Shown here piece by piece: positions 10,299 to 19,839 of a DNA stretch of 64,000 bases. Both the position numbers and the translations under genes were made by a program. The notes under the pieces were generated by a model. That model worked only from the letters and a program-made list of their open reading frames with translations, had not been told where the DNA came from and made no database searches. The stretch's first letter is position 1. Each line of letters starts with the position of its first letter. The stretch comes from an uncultured Leptotrichiaceae bacterium (lineage in GTDB: Bacteria > Fusobacteriota > Fusobacteriia > Fusobacteriales > Leptotrichiaceae): NCBI GenBank assembly GCA_963550915.1, contig CAUVEB010000007.1, positions 8,439 through 72,438 of the forward strand, written 5' to 3'.

Positions 10299-10928
10299 AT
10301 GAATATAGTATTATTTGGACCACCAGGTGCAGGTAAAGGAACTCAAGCAAAAGAGTTAATAAAAAAGTATAATATACCACAAATATCAACTGGAGATATA
10401 TTAAGAAATGCAATTGCTAACAAGACAAGTTTAGGACTTGAAGCAAAGAAATTTATGGATGCAGGTAATTTAGTTCCAGATGATGTAGTTAATGGTCTTG
10501 TAAAAGAAAGATTAAAAGAAGATGATTGTGCTACTGGATTTATACTAGACGGATTTCCAAGAACAGTAGAACAAGCTATAACTTTAGATAGTATTTTAGA
10601 AGAATTAGGAAAAGCTGTTGAAAAAGTAATAGCATTAGATGTGCCAAATAGTGAAATAGTTGATAGAATAACAGGAAGAAGAACTTCACTTAAAACTGGT
10701 AAAATATATCATATAAAATATAATCCACCTGTAGATGAGGATGAAAAAGATTTAGTTCAACGTGCAGATGACACAGAAGAAGTAGTAGTAAAAAGACTTG
10801 AAAACTATGAAAAACAAACAGCTCCTGTACTAGACTACTATAACAAACAAAAAAAGGTTGTATTAGTTGACGGAACAAAAAGTCCAAGTCAAATTACAGA
10901 AAATATAATACAAATATTAGGTGAATAA
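10299..10928 (+). CDS. adk: adenylate kinase
   Basis: P-loop [28 protein letters not shown]; long LID without Cys4 zinc knuckle. Confidence 0.95.
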   Translation: MNIVLFGPPGAGKGTQAKELIKKYNIPQISTGDILRNAIANKTSLGLEAKKFMDAGNLVPDDVVNGLVKERLKEDDCATGFILDGFPRTVEQAITLDSILEELGKAVEKVIALDVPNSEIVDRITGRRTSLKTGKIYHIKYNPPVDEDEKDLVQRADDTEEVVVKRLENYEKQTAPVLDYYNKQKKVVLVDGTKSPSQITENIIQILGE

Positions 10929-10929
10929 A

Positions 10930-11700
10930 ATGGTAAAATTAAAGACATTAGATGAGATAAAAAAAATCAAAAAAGCTAATGAAATAATTGCAAGAATATA
11001 TAGAGATATTATACCAAAACACATAAAAGCAGGAGTTAGTACTTGGGAATTAGATCAAATATGTAATGACTACATTTTATCTTGTGGTGCAAAATCTGGA
11101 ACAATTGGTTATGATATAGGATTTCCATATCCTCCATATCCTGCAGCTACTTGTATTTCAGTTAATGAAGATGTAGTGCATGCAATACCAAGTAAGACAA
11201 AGATATTACAAGAAGGAGATATAGTAAGTATAGACATAGTTACTGTATTAGACGGTTTTTATGGAGATGCTGCTTATACTTTCCCAGTTGGTAATATAGA
11301 TGAAAAATCACAAAAATTAATAGATGTTACTAAAAAATCAAGAGATCTTGGAATAATGCAAGCAATAGCAGGGAATACATTAGGAGATATAGGACATGCA
11401 ATACAAGAATATGTTGAGTTAAATGGTTTTTCTGTTGTTAGGGATTTTTCAGGACATGGAGTAGGTTATGAAATGCACGAAGATCCTTATGTACTAAATT
11501 ATGGTAGAAAAGGCACTGGAATGAAAATACAAAATGGTCTTGTAATTGCAATAGAACCTATGGTAACTATGGGAACTCATAAAGTTAAAATACAAAAAGA
11601 TATGTGGACTGTTACAACTCTTGATAGAAAAAGAGCTGCACACTTTGAACATAGCATAGCTATAGTAGATGGTAAGCCACTTATTTTATCAGAAATATAA
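10930..11700 (+). CDS. map: type I methionine aminopeptidase
   Basis: M24A motifs (DIVSIDI, GHGVGYEMHEDP, AIEPMV, FEHSIA); ATG 10930 sits 7 nt after AGGTGA. GTG 10921 in the ORF track is less likely. Confidence 0.95.
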   Translation: MVKLKTLDEIKKIKKANEIIARIYRDIIPKHIKAGVSTWELDQICNDYILSCGAKSGTIGYDIGFPYPPYPAATCISVNEDVVHAIPSKTKILQEGDIVSIDIVTVLDGFYGDAAYTFPVGNIDEKSQKLIDVTKKSRDLGIMQAIAGNTLGDIGHAIQEYVELNGFSVVRDFSGHGVGYEMHEDPYVLNYGRKGTGMKIQNGLVIAIEPMVTMGTHKVKIQKDMWTVTTLDRKRAAHFEHSIAIVDGKPLILSEI

Positions 11701-11722
11701 AAATAAAATTGGTTTATATATT

Positions 11723-11749
11723 AAAGGTTGAATTTTTTCAACCTTTTTT
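11723..11749 (+). terminator. intrinsic terminator ending the murF-to-map operon
   Basis: Perfect 10-bp stem aaaggttgaa/ttcaaccttt, 4-nt loop, then a T-run. Confidence 0.8.
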
Positions 11750-11757
11750 GGTATAAT
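11728..11757 (+). promoter_or_regulatory. sigma-70-type promoter (TTGAAT-18-TGgTATAAT, extended -10)
   Basis: Hexamers read directly; overlaps the preceding terminator; about 47 nt upstream of the 11805 ORF. Confidence 0.45.
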
Positions 11758-11804
11758 AAATTGTTACATCATTATTTGATGTGAATAGATGAAAGGAGGA
11801 TAAA

Positions 11805-12350
11805 ATGAGAAGTTTAGATTATATCGCAATTGCTAGTATAGTGGTATTAGTTTTTGTTTTAAGATTATATTTTCTAAAAATATCAAAAGCAAATGAAAAG
11901 AAAATTTTAGAAAATGGTGGAGTTGAATACGGAGTTAAAAATTCAAAAAGAATCACTATTTTACATATTTGTTTATATGCATTTAGTGTTATTGAAACTT
12001 TAATAAGAAAACCTATGTTTGATAGTAAAAGTATATTAGGTTTAGCACTTATTATCTTTTCTATGTTTATGCTGTTTACAGTTACAAGACTTTTAAAAGA
12101 TATATGGACTATTAAATTAATGCTATTAAAAGACCATAAATATGTTGATCATTGGCTATTTAGAAATGTAAAACACCCTAATTACTACTTAAATATTGCA
12201 CCTGAATTAATAGGTATAACTTTATTATGTCATGCTTTATTTACAGCAGTTATTATATTACCTCTATATGCAGTTGTTCTATATATTAGAATAAGTGAAG
12301 AAGAAAAAATATTAAAAGAAATAATAATACCTAATAGTAAACAAATTTAA
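11805..12350 (+). CDS. ICMT/PEMT-family membrane methyltransferase-like protein
   Basis: 181-aa multi-TM ORF with C-terminal RNVKHPNYYLNIAPELIG...RISEEEKIL, resembling isoprenylcysteine carboxyl methyltransferase-family signatures; SD AAAGGAGGA. Confidence 0.5.
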   Translation: MRSLDYIAIASIVVLVFVLRLYFLKISKANEKKILENGGVEYGVKNSKRITILHICLYAFSVIETLIRKPMFDSKSILGLALIIFSMFMLFTVTRLLKDIWTIKLMLLKDHKYVDHWLFRNVKHPNYYLNIAPELIGITLLCHALFTAVIILPLYAVVLYIRISEEEKILKEIIIPNSKQI

Positions 12351-12412
12351 GTATATAAATAATTAATGAAACTATTAACAAAACTAATGGATAAAATTAA
12401 ATTAATATTTTT

Positions 12413-12438
12413 AAAAGCCTAAAAAATGGCTTTTGTAT
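12413..12438 (+). terminator. weak hairpin/terminator
   Basis: aaaagcc-taaaaaat-ggctttt hairpin about 65 nt after the stop of the 11805 ORF. Confidence 0.4.
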
Positions 12439-12480
12439 GAATTAAGAGAAAAATAAACATGTTAAAAGGTTATAAATCAT

Positions 12481-12503
12481 AAGGTTTAGTAACCTTTTTT
12501 TTT
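12481..12503 (+). terminator. intrinsic terminator
   Basis: aaggtt-tagt-aacctt hairpin followed by T7+. Confidence 0.55.
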
Positions 12504-12556
12504 AAACCAAAATATAGTATAATAAAAAAATATTAAGCAAAGAAGGAAGAAAAATA

Positions 12557-13777
12557 ATGTTTGAAATTAAACTAGATATGATACAATCAATAGGACTAGC
12601 AATAATTTTACTTCTTATAGGTAGAAAATTAAGAGTAAAAATTAAGTTTCTTGAAAAGTATTGCATACCGTCACCTGTAATAGGTGGATTTATATTTGCA
12701 GTAATGACTTTTATACTAAGACAATTTAATATAGCAAGTTTTACATTTGATACAACACTACAAACTTTTTTTATGACTATGTTTTTTACAAGTGTAGGAT
12801 TTAATGCGAGTTATAAGGTGTTAAAAGCAGGTGGTATAAAGGTTATTGTTTTCTTATTAGTCGCATCAGGATTGATATTTATTCAAAATATAGGTGCAAT
12901 TGCACTTTCAAAACCTTTAGGCATAGATCCACTGCTTGCACTTATGACAGGTTCAACTGCAATGACAGGAGGGCATGGAACGGCAGCATCAATAGCACCT
13001 AATATTGAACATTTAGGAATTACTACTGCTTCATCAGTTGCAATAGCTGCAGCGACATTTGGACTTATTTCAGGCTCAATGGTTGGAGGACCTGTTGCTA
13101 AAAGATTAATTGAAAAATATGACTTATTAAAAGGATATATAGTAGATAATAGTAATACAGAAATATCAAAACAGGAAGAAGAATTTTTTAATAAAAATGA
13201 AAGTATATTAAATGGTGAAAGATTTGCAACAGCATTTTTTATGATCTTACTCTCAATGGCTTTTGGAACTTTATTTAATTATCTATTTAAAAAAATAGGG
13301 CTTGATAGTTTACCTTATTACCTAGGACCTATGATAGTTGCGGCTATAATTAGAAATGCAACTGATAGCATAGAAAATATAGTTTCATCACCAATAGCAG
13401 AAATTAAGGTTATAGAAAATATAGCATTAAACTTATTCTTATCAATGGCACTTATGTCATTAAGATTATGGGATTTAATAGATTTAGCATTACCAATAAC
13501 AGTTCTACTATTAGCACAAGTTATTTTTACAATACTGTATACTAGATATGTAACTTTCTATATTATGGGAGCAAACTATGATGCTGCTGTTATATGTGCA
13601 GGGCATTGTGGATTTGGAATGGGTGCAACACCTAATGGTATGACAAATATGGAAACAGTTTGTAATAAATACGAATATTCAAAAATGGCATTTTTTGTAG
13701 TTCCTCTAGTAGGAGCATTGTTTATAGATTTTGTTAATGTAACAATAATATCAGGATTTATATCATATTTAAGATAG
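12557..13777 (+). CDS. gltS: sodium/glutamate symporter
   Basis: Collinear similarity to E. coli GltS from residue 1 (LLLGRKL..FLxKYxIPxPVxGG; GSxxxxGGHGT; GGPVAxxL); about 10-12 TM. Confidence 0.85.
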   Translation: MFEIKLDMIQSIGLAIILLLIGRKLRVKIKFLEKYCIPSPVIGGFIFAVMTFILRQFNIASFTFDTTLQTFFMTMFFTSVGFNASYKVLKAGGIKVIVFLLVASGLIFIQNIGAIALSKPLGIDPLLALMTGSTAMTGGHGTAASIAPNIEHLGITTASSVAIAAATFGLISGSMVGGPVAKRLIEKYDLLKGYIVDNSNTEISKQEEEFFNKNESILNGERFATAFFMILLSMAFGTLFNYLFKKIGLDSLPYYLGPMIVAAIIRNATDSIENIVSSPIAEIKVIENIALNLFLSMALMSLRLWDLIDLALPITVLLLAQVIFTILYTRYVTFYIMGANYDAAVICAGHCGFGMGATPNGMTNMETVCNKYEYSKMAFFVVPLVGALFIDFVNVTIISGFISYLR

Positions 13778-13786
13778 GAGAAAATT

Positions 13787-15022
13787 ATGGAAGAAAAAAA
13801 TCAAAAATTTAAAACGTTAGTTATAGGGTTTGCATTATTTGCTATGTTTTTTGGAGCAGGTAATGTGCTTTTACCACCATTTATTGGTCTTAAAACAGGT
13901 AGTAGTTATTATATGTCGATTATAGGGTTTGTTTTAACAGGTGTTGGATTACCTCTTTTAACACTTTTAGTTATTTTCTATATTGACGGTAAATATGAAA
14001 AATTATTTGAACCACTTGGAAAAAACTTTTCTAAATTTTTAATGGTTGCAGCATTTTTAACAATAGGTCCTGCTATAGGTATACCAAGAACAGCTGCTAC
14101 AACATTTGAAATTGGAATGAAACCATTTTTTCCTTCATTATCACCAATAGTTGGTTCTATAATATTCTTTTTAATTAATTTATTCTTTGTTATGAAAAAA
14201 AGTAATGTACTTGATAAAATAGGAAAGCTTTTAACGCCAACATTACTTGTAACAATAGTTGTTTTAATTATTAAGGGGATTATAAGTCCAATAGCAAGTA
14301 CAAGTGCAGGTGTATCACCAGATGCTTTTTCACAAGGATTTTTAGAAGGGTATAATACGGTTGACGCAGTGGCAGCAGTAATTTTTGCAGGTCTTGTATG
14401 GAAGAGTTTAGGACAAACAATAAGTGATAAGGAAGTATTAAAGAAAACATCTATAAAAGCAGCATTTATAGCAGCTTTAGGACTGTCTGCAATTTATTCT
14501 GGATTTATATATCTTGGAGCAACTTCAAATGCACCAATAGATATAGAGAGAACAGCACTTTTAAATTTAATTACTAAATCATTATTAGGTAATTATGGAG
14601 TAGCTCTTTTATCTATAATAGTTTCTCTTGCTTGTCTTACAACTTCAATAGGTCTTATAGTTTCAGTAAGTAGCTATTTTGAAGAAGTTTTAAATTATAA
14701 GGTGAAATATAATGTGGTTGTATTAGTTGTAATTTCTATATCTTATGCAATATCTCAACTTGGTGTTGATAAGATAATAAATTATGCTCTACCAATATTA
14801 TTAGTATTCTATCCTTTACTAATAACAGTTCTATTCTTGACTTTATCAAAGGCAAGTCCAGTTGTTTCAAAATATACAACATATACAACTTTTGTTGTTT
14901 CAATTATAGATCAAATATATCCGTTACCACTACATAATCAAGGTTTTGCTTGGCTTATACCAGCCCTTATATGTTATGCCGGAGTAACATTAATTCAAAT
15001 AGGAAATAAAAATTTAAAATAG
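13787..15022 (+). CDS. brnQ: branched-chain amino acid transport system II carrier
   Basis: N-terminal GFALFAMFFGAGNVLLPPFIG signature of the LIVCS family; 12-TM profile. Confidence 0.85.
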   Translation: MEEKNQKFKTLVIGFALFAMFFGAGNVLLPPFIGLKTGSSYYMSIIGFVLTGVGLPLLTLLVIFYIDGKYEKLFEPLGKNFSKFLMVAAFLTIGPAIGIPRTAATTFEIGMKPFFPSLSPIVGSIIFFLINLFFVMKKSNVLDKIGKLLTPTLLVTIVVLIIKGIISPIASTSAGVSPDAFSQGFLEGYNTVDAVAAVIFAGLVWKSLGQTISDKEVLKKTSIKAAFIAALGLSAIYSGFIYLGATSNAPIDIERTALLNLITKSLLGNYGVALLSIIVSLACLTTSIGLIVSVSSYFEEVLNYKVKYNVVVLVVISISYAISQLGVDKIINYALPILLVFYPLLITVLFLTLSKASPVVSKYTTYTTFVVSIIDQIYPLPLHNQGFAWLIPALICYAGVTLIQIGNKNLK

Positions 15023-15031
15023 TTTATAAAA

Positions 15032-15070
15032 GGGACTTTAGAAAATACAGCTTTAAAGTCCCCTTTTTTT
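15032..15070 (+). terminator. intrinsic terminator after brnQ
   Basis: 9-bp stem gggacttta/taaagtccc followed by T-run. Confidence 0.75.
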
Positions 15071-15109
15071 ATACTGAAAAATCAAAAGCTAAAATAAAAT
15101 TTTAAATAC

Positions 15110-15138
15110 TTGTTTTTTAATTAAATTCTAGTTATAAT
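15110..15138 (+). promoter_or_regulatory. sigma-70-type promoter (TTGTTT-17-TATAAT)
   Basis: Hexamers and spacing read directly; 19 nt upstream of the ATG at 15158, which has an AAGGAG SD. Confidence 0.5.
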
Positions 15139-15157
15139 TAAATGTAAAGGAGAAATT

Positions 15158-15811
15158 ATGAGAAAAATAAGTATTTTACTAGTTTTATTAACAAATTTTC
15201 TATCTTATGCAGTTAAATGTGAAGTAATAGAAGGCTTATCAAACGCAAAGGCAAACAACAAAAAATATAACTTTAAATTTGATGATATAACAAGAAAAAA
15301 AATAGCTAAAATAGACTATATATTTGAGGAAGTTCTTAAAACATCACATCAATTAGTACCTAAATATGTAAATAGTATAGTGATTTTTGACTTTTCAGAA
15401 GAAGAAACTATAAAAGCATTAAATACTATAAGAATAGCTATTATGGCAAATGATATTAACAAAAATTTAAAAATATATTATGACGGAGTTGAAAAAGTAA
15501 AAGAACTTGCACTTGAAATAGGTATAAATGAAAAAAATATTATTGCTTTTAAAAATGAAAAAGAAGTTGTAGAACAAATATTAAAAGATAAGGGAAATAA
15601 AAAGGACCTTTTAAGTAAGAGAATTTTACTATTAACAAAATCATCAAATATGCGTATAGGATATGCAAAATATATAAATGCACTTGATAAGAATGTAGAT
15701 GATATAATATTTGATAATTATTCACATCTTGATATGACGAGAGAACAGCTAGAACATCCTAGCAAAGAAGAAATAAAAAAAGCATATAAACAAATAGAAT
15801 GTAATAAATAA
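15158..15811 (+). CDS. hypothetical secreted protein
   Basis: 217-aa ORF with signal peptide (LTNFLSYA|VKCE) and good SD; first gene of a 3-gene unit with the 5'-nucleotidase; no family recognised with confidence. Confidence 0.5.
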   Translation: MRKISILLVLLTNFLSYAVKCEVIEGLSNAKANNKKYNFKFDDITRKKIAKIDYIFEEVLKTSHQLVPKYVNSIVIFDFSEEETIKALNTIRIAIMANDINKNLKIYYDGVEKVKELALEIGINEKNIIAFKNEKEVVEQILKDKGNKKDLLSKRILLLTKSSNMRIGYAKYINALDKNVDDIIFDNYSHLDMTREQLEHPSKEEIKKAYKQIECNK

Positions 15812-15823
15812 TTGGAGGTAGAA

Positions 15824-17599
15824 ATGAAAAAAATTTTATTAGCTGGAGCATTACCGTTAGTTGCAACAGCAGTATTTGCTTCAAGACCTATTGAAGTTAA
15901 TATTATGCACATAAACGATCACCATTCACACTTAGAACCTGAAATTGTAAATTTTAAAATAGGTGGTAAATCAACAAAAGTTAAAATAGGTGGATATCCT
16001 GAAGTAATGAGAGAACTTAAAAGATTAAAAGCTACAACTAAAAATCCGTTAGTTTTACACGCAGGAGATGCGATAACAGGAACTCTTTATTTCACATTAT
16101 TTGGTGGATCTGCAGATGCTGAAATGATGAACTTAACAGGATTTGATTATTTCACTTTAGGAAACCATGAATTTGACGCTGGTAATGAAGGATTAAAGAA
16201 ATTCTTAGACTACCTAAAAGTACCAGTATTATCTTCAAATGTTAATCCAGATAAAGGAAGTATATTAGAAGGTTATTGGAAACCATACGCAATCAAGAGA
16301 TTTGGTTCTGAAAAAATAGGAATTATAGGTCTAGACGTTGTTAAAAAGACTGTTGAATCTTCAAGCCCAGGTAAAGATATTAAATTTACTGATGAAGTTG
16401 AAACAACACAAAAATATGCAGATATCTTAAAAGAAAAAGGTGTAAACAAAATTATCCTATTATCACACGCAGGAGCTGCTAAAAACTTTGAAATAGCACA
16501 AAAAGTTTCAGGTGTAGATATTATAATAACAGGAGATACTCACTATCTATTTGGTACAGAAGATTATAAGAAATTTGGATTACCTGTAGTTGCTGACTAT
16601 CCAACTAAATTTATGTCACCAGCAGGAGAACCTGTTTATGTTGTTGAAGGTTGGGAATACTCAAAATTAGTAGGTCATTTACAAGTTAAATTTGACTCTA
16701 AGGGTATAGTAACATCAATTAAAGGATTACCATTAATTCCTTATCATGAAAACTCAACATTTGAAAGAAAAGATGCAAGTGGTAAGAAATATAACCCAGA
16801 AGGTGCAGAAAGAAAAGAAATCTTAAAAGAACTTAGCAGCAGTAAATACTTTGTAAAAGCAAAAGCTGATGTAAGAGGTAAAAAAGTTCTTGAAAAATAT
16901 AAGAAAGAAAAAGAAGTTTTAGGTAACCAAGTTGTAGGAACTATAAGTGGAGAAATTATGCCAGGAGGTTCAGCACCTAGAATACCTAGCACAGCATATC
17001 CTAAAGGATCAGTTGCAACAAGATTCGTTGCTGAAACTATGCTTACTCAAATGAGAAGTTTTGGTTCACACATTGATTTAACAATACAAAATTCAGGTGG
17101 AGTAAGAAGTGATGTAGTTCCTGGAGATATGACATATAACGATGCTTATACACTATTACCGTTTGCAAACACATTATACTTACTTGACATGACTGGTGCA
17201 GAAGTAAAACAAGTATTAGAAGATGCATTAGAATTTGCATTAGTAAGTGGATCAACAGGAGCATTCCCTTATGGTGCAGGTATAAGATATGAAGCAAACC
17301 AATACAAAGATAAAGACGGACATAGATTAGTTAAAGTTGAAATACAAGACTTAGAAGGAAACTGGTCTGATATAGATGTTAATAAGATGTATAAAGTAGG
17401 AACAAATGCATATATTGCAGGTGGAAAAGACGGATATAAGACATTTGGTGAAATATCAAGAACACGTGGTGGAGAAGATACTTACTTACCAGATGCTGAA
17501 AGCTTAATCAAATTTATGAAATTAAATCCAAACTTTAAATCTTATTCAGATTCAAATGTTAAATTTAACTTTGATCCAGCAAATGAAAGAAAAAAATAA
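15824..17599 (+). CDS. secreted bifunctional metallophosphatase / 5'-nucleotidase (UshA/NadN family)
   Basis: Signal peptide; calcineurin-like motifs INDHHSH, GDAITG, GNHEFD, SHAG, GDTH; C-terminal 5'-nucleotidase domain. ATG 15824 follows GGAGGT, so the ORF track's TTG 15812 is unlikely. Confidence 0.85.
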   Translation: MKKILLAGALPLVATAVFASRPIEVNIMHINDHHSHLEPEIVNFKIGGKSTKVKIGGYPEVMRELKRLKATTKNPLVLHAGDAITGTLYFTLFGGSADAEMMNLTGFDYFTLGNHEFDAGNEGLKKFLDYLKVPVLSSNVNPDKGSILEGYWKPYAIKRFGSEKIGIIGLDVVKKTVESSSPGKDIKFTDEVETTQKYADILKEKGVNKIILLSHAGAAKNFEIAQKVSGVDIIITGDTHYLFGTEDYKKFGLPVVADYPTKFMSPAGEPVYVVEGWEYSKLVGHLQVKFDSKGIVTSIKGLPLIPYHENSTFERKDASGKKYNPEGAERKEILKELSSSKYFVKAKADVRGKKVLEKYKKEKEVLGNQVVGTISGEIMPGGSAPRIPSTAYPKGSVATRFVAETMLTQMRSFGSHIDLTIQNSGGVRSDVVPGDMTYNDAYTLLPFANTLYLLDMTGAEVKQVLEDALEFALVSGSTGAFPYGAGIRYEANQYKDKDGHRLVKVEIQDLEGNWSDIDVNKMYKVGTNAYIAGGKDGYKTFGEISRTRGGEDTYLPDAESLIKFMKLNPNFKSYSDSNVKFNFDPANERKK

Positions 17600-17614
17600 A
17601 AAAGGATTGATTTT

Positions 17615-17959
17615 ATGAAGACTAAGGCAAATGAACTTATCAAAAAGTTAGTAAAAATTATGGACGCAAATGATCCTAAACAATTAAATAAAATTATTAA
17701 TTTAATTAATTCTGAAGGACTTGATTTATCTAAAATAAAGACATCTAACAATGTATTTTATAATATAATATCAAATATATTTTATTTAAAAAATACAACT
17801 ACAGCACCATTTGGAGCTTTAGCTAGTGAAGAGGATAAAAAAGAGAACTATAATGAAAGACTTAGTATTTTAAAAAAAGAAGTTGAAACATATTTAAATG
17901 GTGTAACAGAATATACTAATGAAGATAAAATTTTAAGTATATTTAGTAATAATATATAA
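17615..17959 (+). CDS. hypothetical cytoplasmic protein
   Basis: 114-aa ORF, no signal peptide, 15 nt after the nucleotidase stop; no recognisable motif. Confidence 0.45.
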   Translation: MKTKANELIKKLVKIMDANDPKQLNKIINLINSEGLDLSKIKTSNNVFYNIISNIFYLKNTTTAPFGALASEEDKKENYNERLSILKKEVETYLNGVTEYTNEDKILSIFSNNI

Positions 17960-17963
17960 AATA

Positions 17964-18001
17964 AAAAGAACCAAGAGTTAAATCTTTTGGTTCTTTTGTT
18001 T
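17964..18001. terminator. bidirectional terminator between convergent genes
   Basis: Stem aaaagaaccaa/ttggttctttt with T-rich flanks on both strands; overlaps the last codons of the serine dehydratase gene. Confidence 0.6.
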
Positions 18002-19216
18002 ATCTAGTAATTTTTCATAATATTTTGCAAGTCCACCTTTTGAAGTTTCACGATATGCAGGACATAGGTCTTTTCCTGTTTCAGCCATAGTTATTATTAC
18101 ATCATCAAAGCTAATTATATGATCAGAACCTACAGATAATACATAGTTTGCAGTATTAAGAGCTTTTACAGAAAATACAGCATTTCTTTCTATGCAAGGT
18201 ACTATTACATAGCCACCTACAGGATCACAAGTCATACCAAGTGCGTGTTCCATTCCACTTTCAGCAGCATATTCAATTTGATCTAAATCTCCACCTAGAA
18301 AGAATGTAGCCATAGCTGATGCCATAGAACAAGCAGAACCTATTTCAGCTTGACAACCACCTTCAGCACCTGAAACTGTTGCATTTTTCTTTATTAACGA
18401 TCCTATTATTCCTGCTACTGCAAGACCTTTTATAGCAGTTTTTTTATCTATATCAAACTCTTCTACCATTGCAATTAATACACCTGGTATAACACCACAT
18501 GCACCACAAGTAGGAGCTGTTACTACCTCTTCACCACTTGCATTTTCTTCAGATGCTGCTAATGCATATGAAAACATTCTTTTAGTTAAACGAAGTGAAA
18601 GAGGTGCATTTATAGATTGTTCATACATTTGTTTTGCTTTTCTTTGAAATTTTAATTTTGCAGGTAGTAAACCATCTTTTTGTATACCACGTTTAACGCA
18701 TCTATACATAGCATCATATATACTTTCAAGATATTCCCATATATCTTTATCTTCGCAGTAATCTACATATTCCCATAGTTCTTTTTTGTTATCATTACAC
18801 CAGTTCATTATATCTTTTAACTTATTTAATTCATAAGGTTCTTTTAAAAGAGTTTCCTGTATTTTGCCGTCTACCATTTCTATTAAGTTACCACCACCTA
18901 TAGAGAAATATTCAGAAACTGCAAAATCATTATCATTTTCATCTATTGCAACAAACTTTATATAATTTGTATGATAAGGGTGTATGTATAAAGCGTTCCA
19001 TAAAATATCAGTGTGTTTAGGGCTTAAAGTTTTCTTTACTATGTAGTCTGTCATATGACCTTTTCCAGTAGCTGCTAAACTTCCATAAAGTTCAACACGA
19101 TATTTATGTGCGTTAGGATACATATTTTTAAATTTTTGTGCAGCACGTTCAGGTCCCATAGTGTGGGAGCTAGAAGGTCCACGACCAATTTTAAAAACTT
19201 CTTTTAAACTTTCCAT
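17978..19216 (-). CDS. sdaA: L-serine ammonia-lyase (iron-sulfur-dependent L-serine dehydratase, single chain)
   Basis: N-terminal FKIGRGPSSSHTMGP, matching the SdaA FKVGIGPSSSHTVGP signature; Cys-containing C-terminal alpha domain (APTCGACG, GGCQAEIGSA). Confidence 0.85.
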   Translation of the reverse strand: MESLKEVFKIGRGPSSSHTMGPERAAQKFKNMYPNAHKYRVELYGSLAATGKGHMTDYIVKKTLSPKHTDILWNALYIHPYHTNYIKFVAIDENDNDFAVSEYFSIGGGNLIEMVDGKIQETLLKEPYELNKLKDIMNWCNDNKKELWEYVDYCEDKDIWEYLESIYDAMYRCVKRGIQKDGLLPAKLKFQRKAKQMYEQSINAPLSLRLTKRMFSYALAASEENASGEEVVTAPTCGACGVIPGVLIAMVEEFDIDKKTAIKGLAVAGIIGSLIKKNATVSGAEGGCQAEIGSACSMASAMATFFLGGDLDQIEYAAESGMEHALGMTCDPVGGYVIVPCIERNAVFSVKALNTANYVLSVGSDHIISFDDVIITMAETGKDLCPAYRETSKGGLAKYYEKLLDKQKNQKI

Positions 19217-19731
19217 TTTTTCTCCAGTCTATTTTTTAGTAGCTGTAGTACTGTTGATACAAAATCAATAAAAATCATTAATATTAGTATAGCAAGTAAT
19301 ACGTTTGAAAATCTTATTTTTTGTATATCTTTAATAAATATTCTTACTCTTGGATGAATAATATACATTAAGACAAGTGATGCAATACCCCAAAGTAGAG
19401 AAAATTTTAGGCAAACATACCCTTTTATATTAAATCTTTCATCGCTATAATCCCACCATGAAAGTCCAAAAAATTTTTTTAATACATCTCCTGTAAAATA
19501 CTCTATTACTGTTGTAATAATAACCCCTACAATATATACGTAAATAGGGTTAGTTATATCTTTTAATATATAGATTATGAAAAGAGAGCCAAATCCATAT
19601 ATAGGGCAATATGCTCCTTTTAAAAATCCACGATTAACGAATTTTCCATTGTTTAGTAAGTGGTATATAACTTCAATACAGTAGCCTAAAAAAGAGTATA
19701 TGAAGAAACACCACAGATATTTAATAATCAT
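19204..19731 (-). CDS. membrane protein, putative ABC-transporter type IV (CmpB-like) family
   Basis: 175 aa, 4-5 TM; IYSFLGYCIEVIY...NRGFLKGAYCPIYGFG pattern typical of this family; 13-nt overlap with sdaA. Confidence 0.55.
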   Translation of the reverse strand: MIIKYLWCFFIYSFLGYCIEVIYHLLNNGKFVNRGFLKGAYCPIYGFGSLFIIYILKDITNPIYVYIVGVIITTVIEYFTGDVLKKFFGLSWWDYSDERFNIKGYVCLKFSLLWGIASLVLMYIIHPRVRIFIKDIQKIRFSNVLLAILILMIFIDFVSTVLQLLKNRLEKKWKV

Positions 19732-19778
19732 TGTTTTTTCCTTTGTTTTTTATTTTATTATAACCCAACTTTTGTACG

Positions 19779-19807
19779 TTGTAAACATGGTTTTTATGTG
19801 GTATACT
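19779..19807 (+). promoter_or_regulatory. sigma-70-type promoter (TTGTAA-17-TGgTATACT)
   Basis: Read directly; 32 nt upstream of the MORN-repeat ORF. Confidence 0.5.
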
Positions 19808-19839
19808 TAAATATAAGAATAAATGGAGCGTGAGAGATT

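Noticed and set aside
12387-12422. 11-codon mini-ORF (MDKIKLIFLKA) whose stop sits in the first hairpin upstream of gltS; considered as a leader peptide or attenuator
   Set aside because: There is no SD upstream. The best gltS promoter lies downstream of both hairpins. The peptide has no run of regulatory codons (no Glu/Gln enrichment).
15158-15811. Possible DUF218/YdcF-like pattern in the 217-aa secreted protein (RILLLTKSSNMRIGYAKY resembling the family's xVTSxxHMxRA)
   Set aside because: The resemblance rests on one short degenerate segment recalled from memory. It is not enough to assign a family without a profile search.
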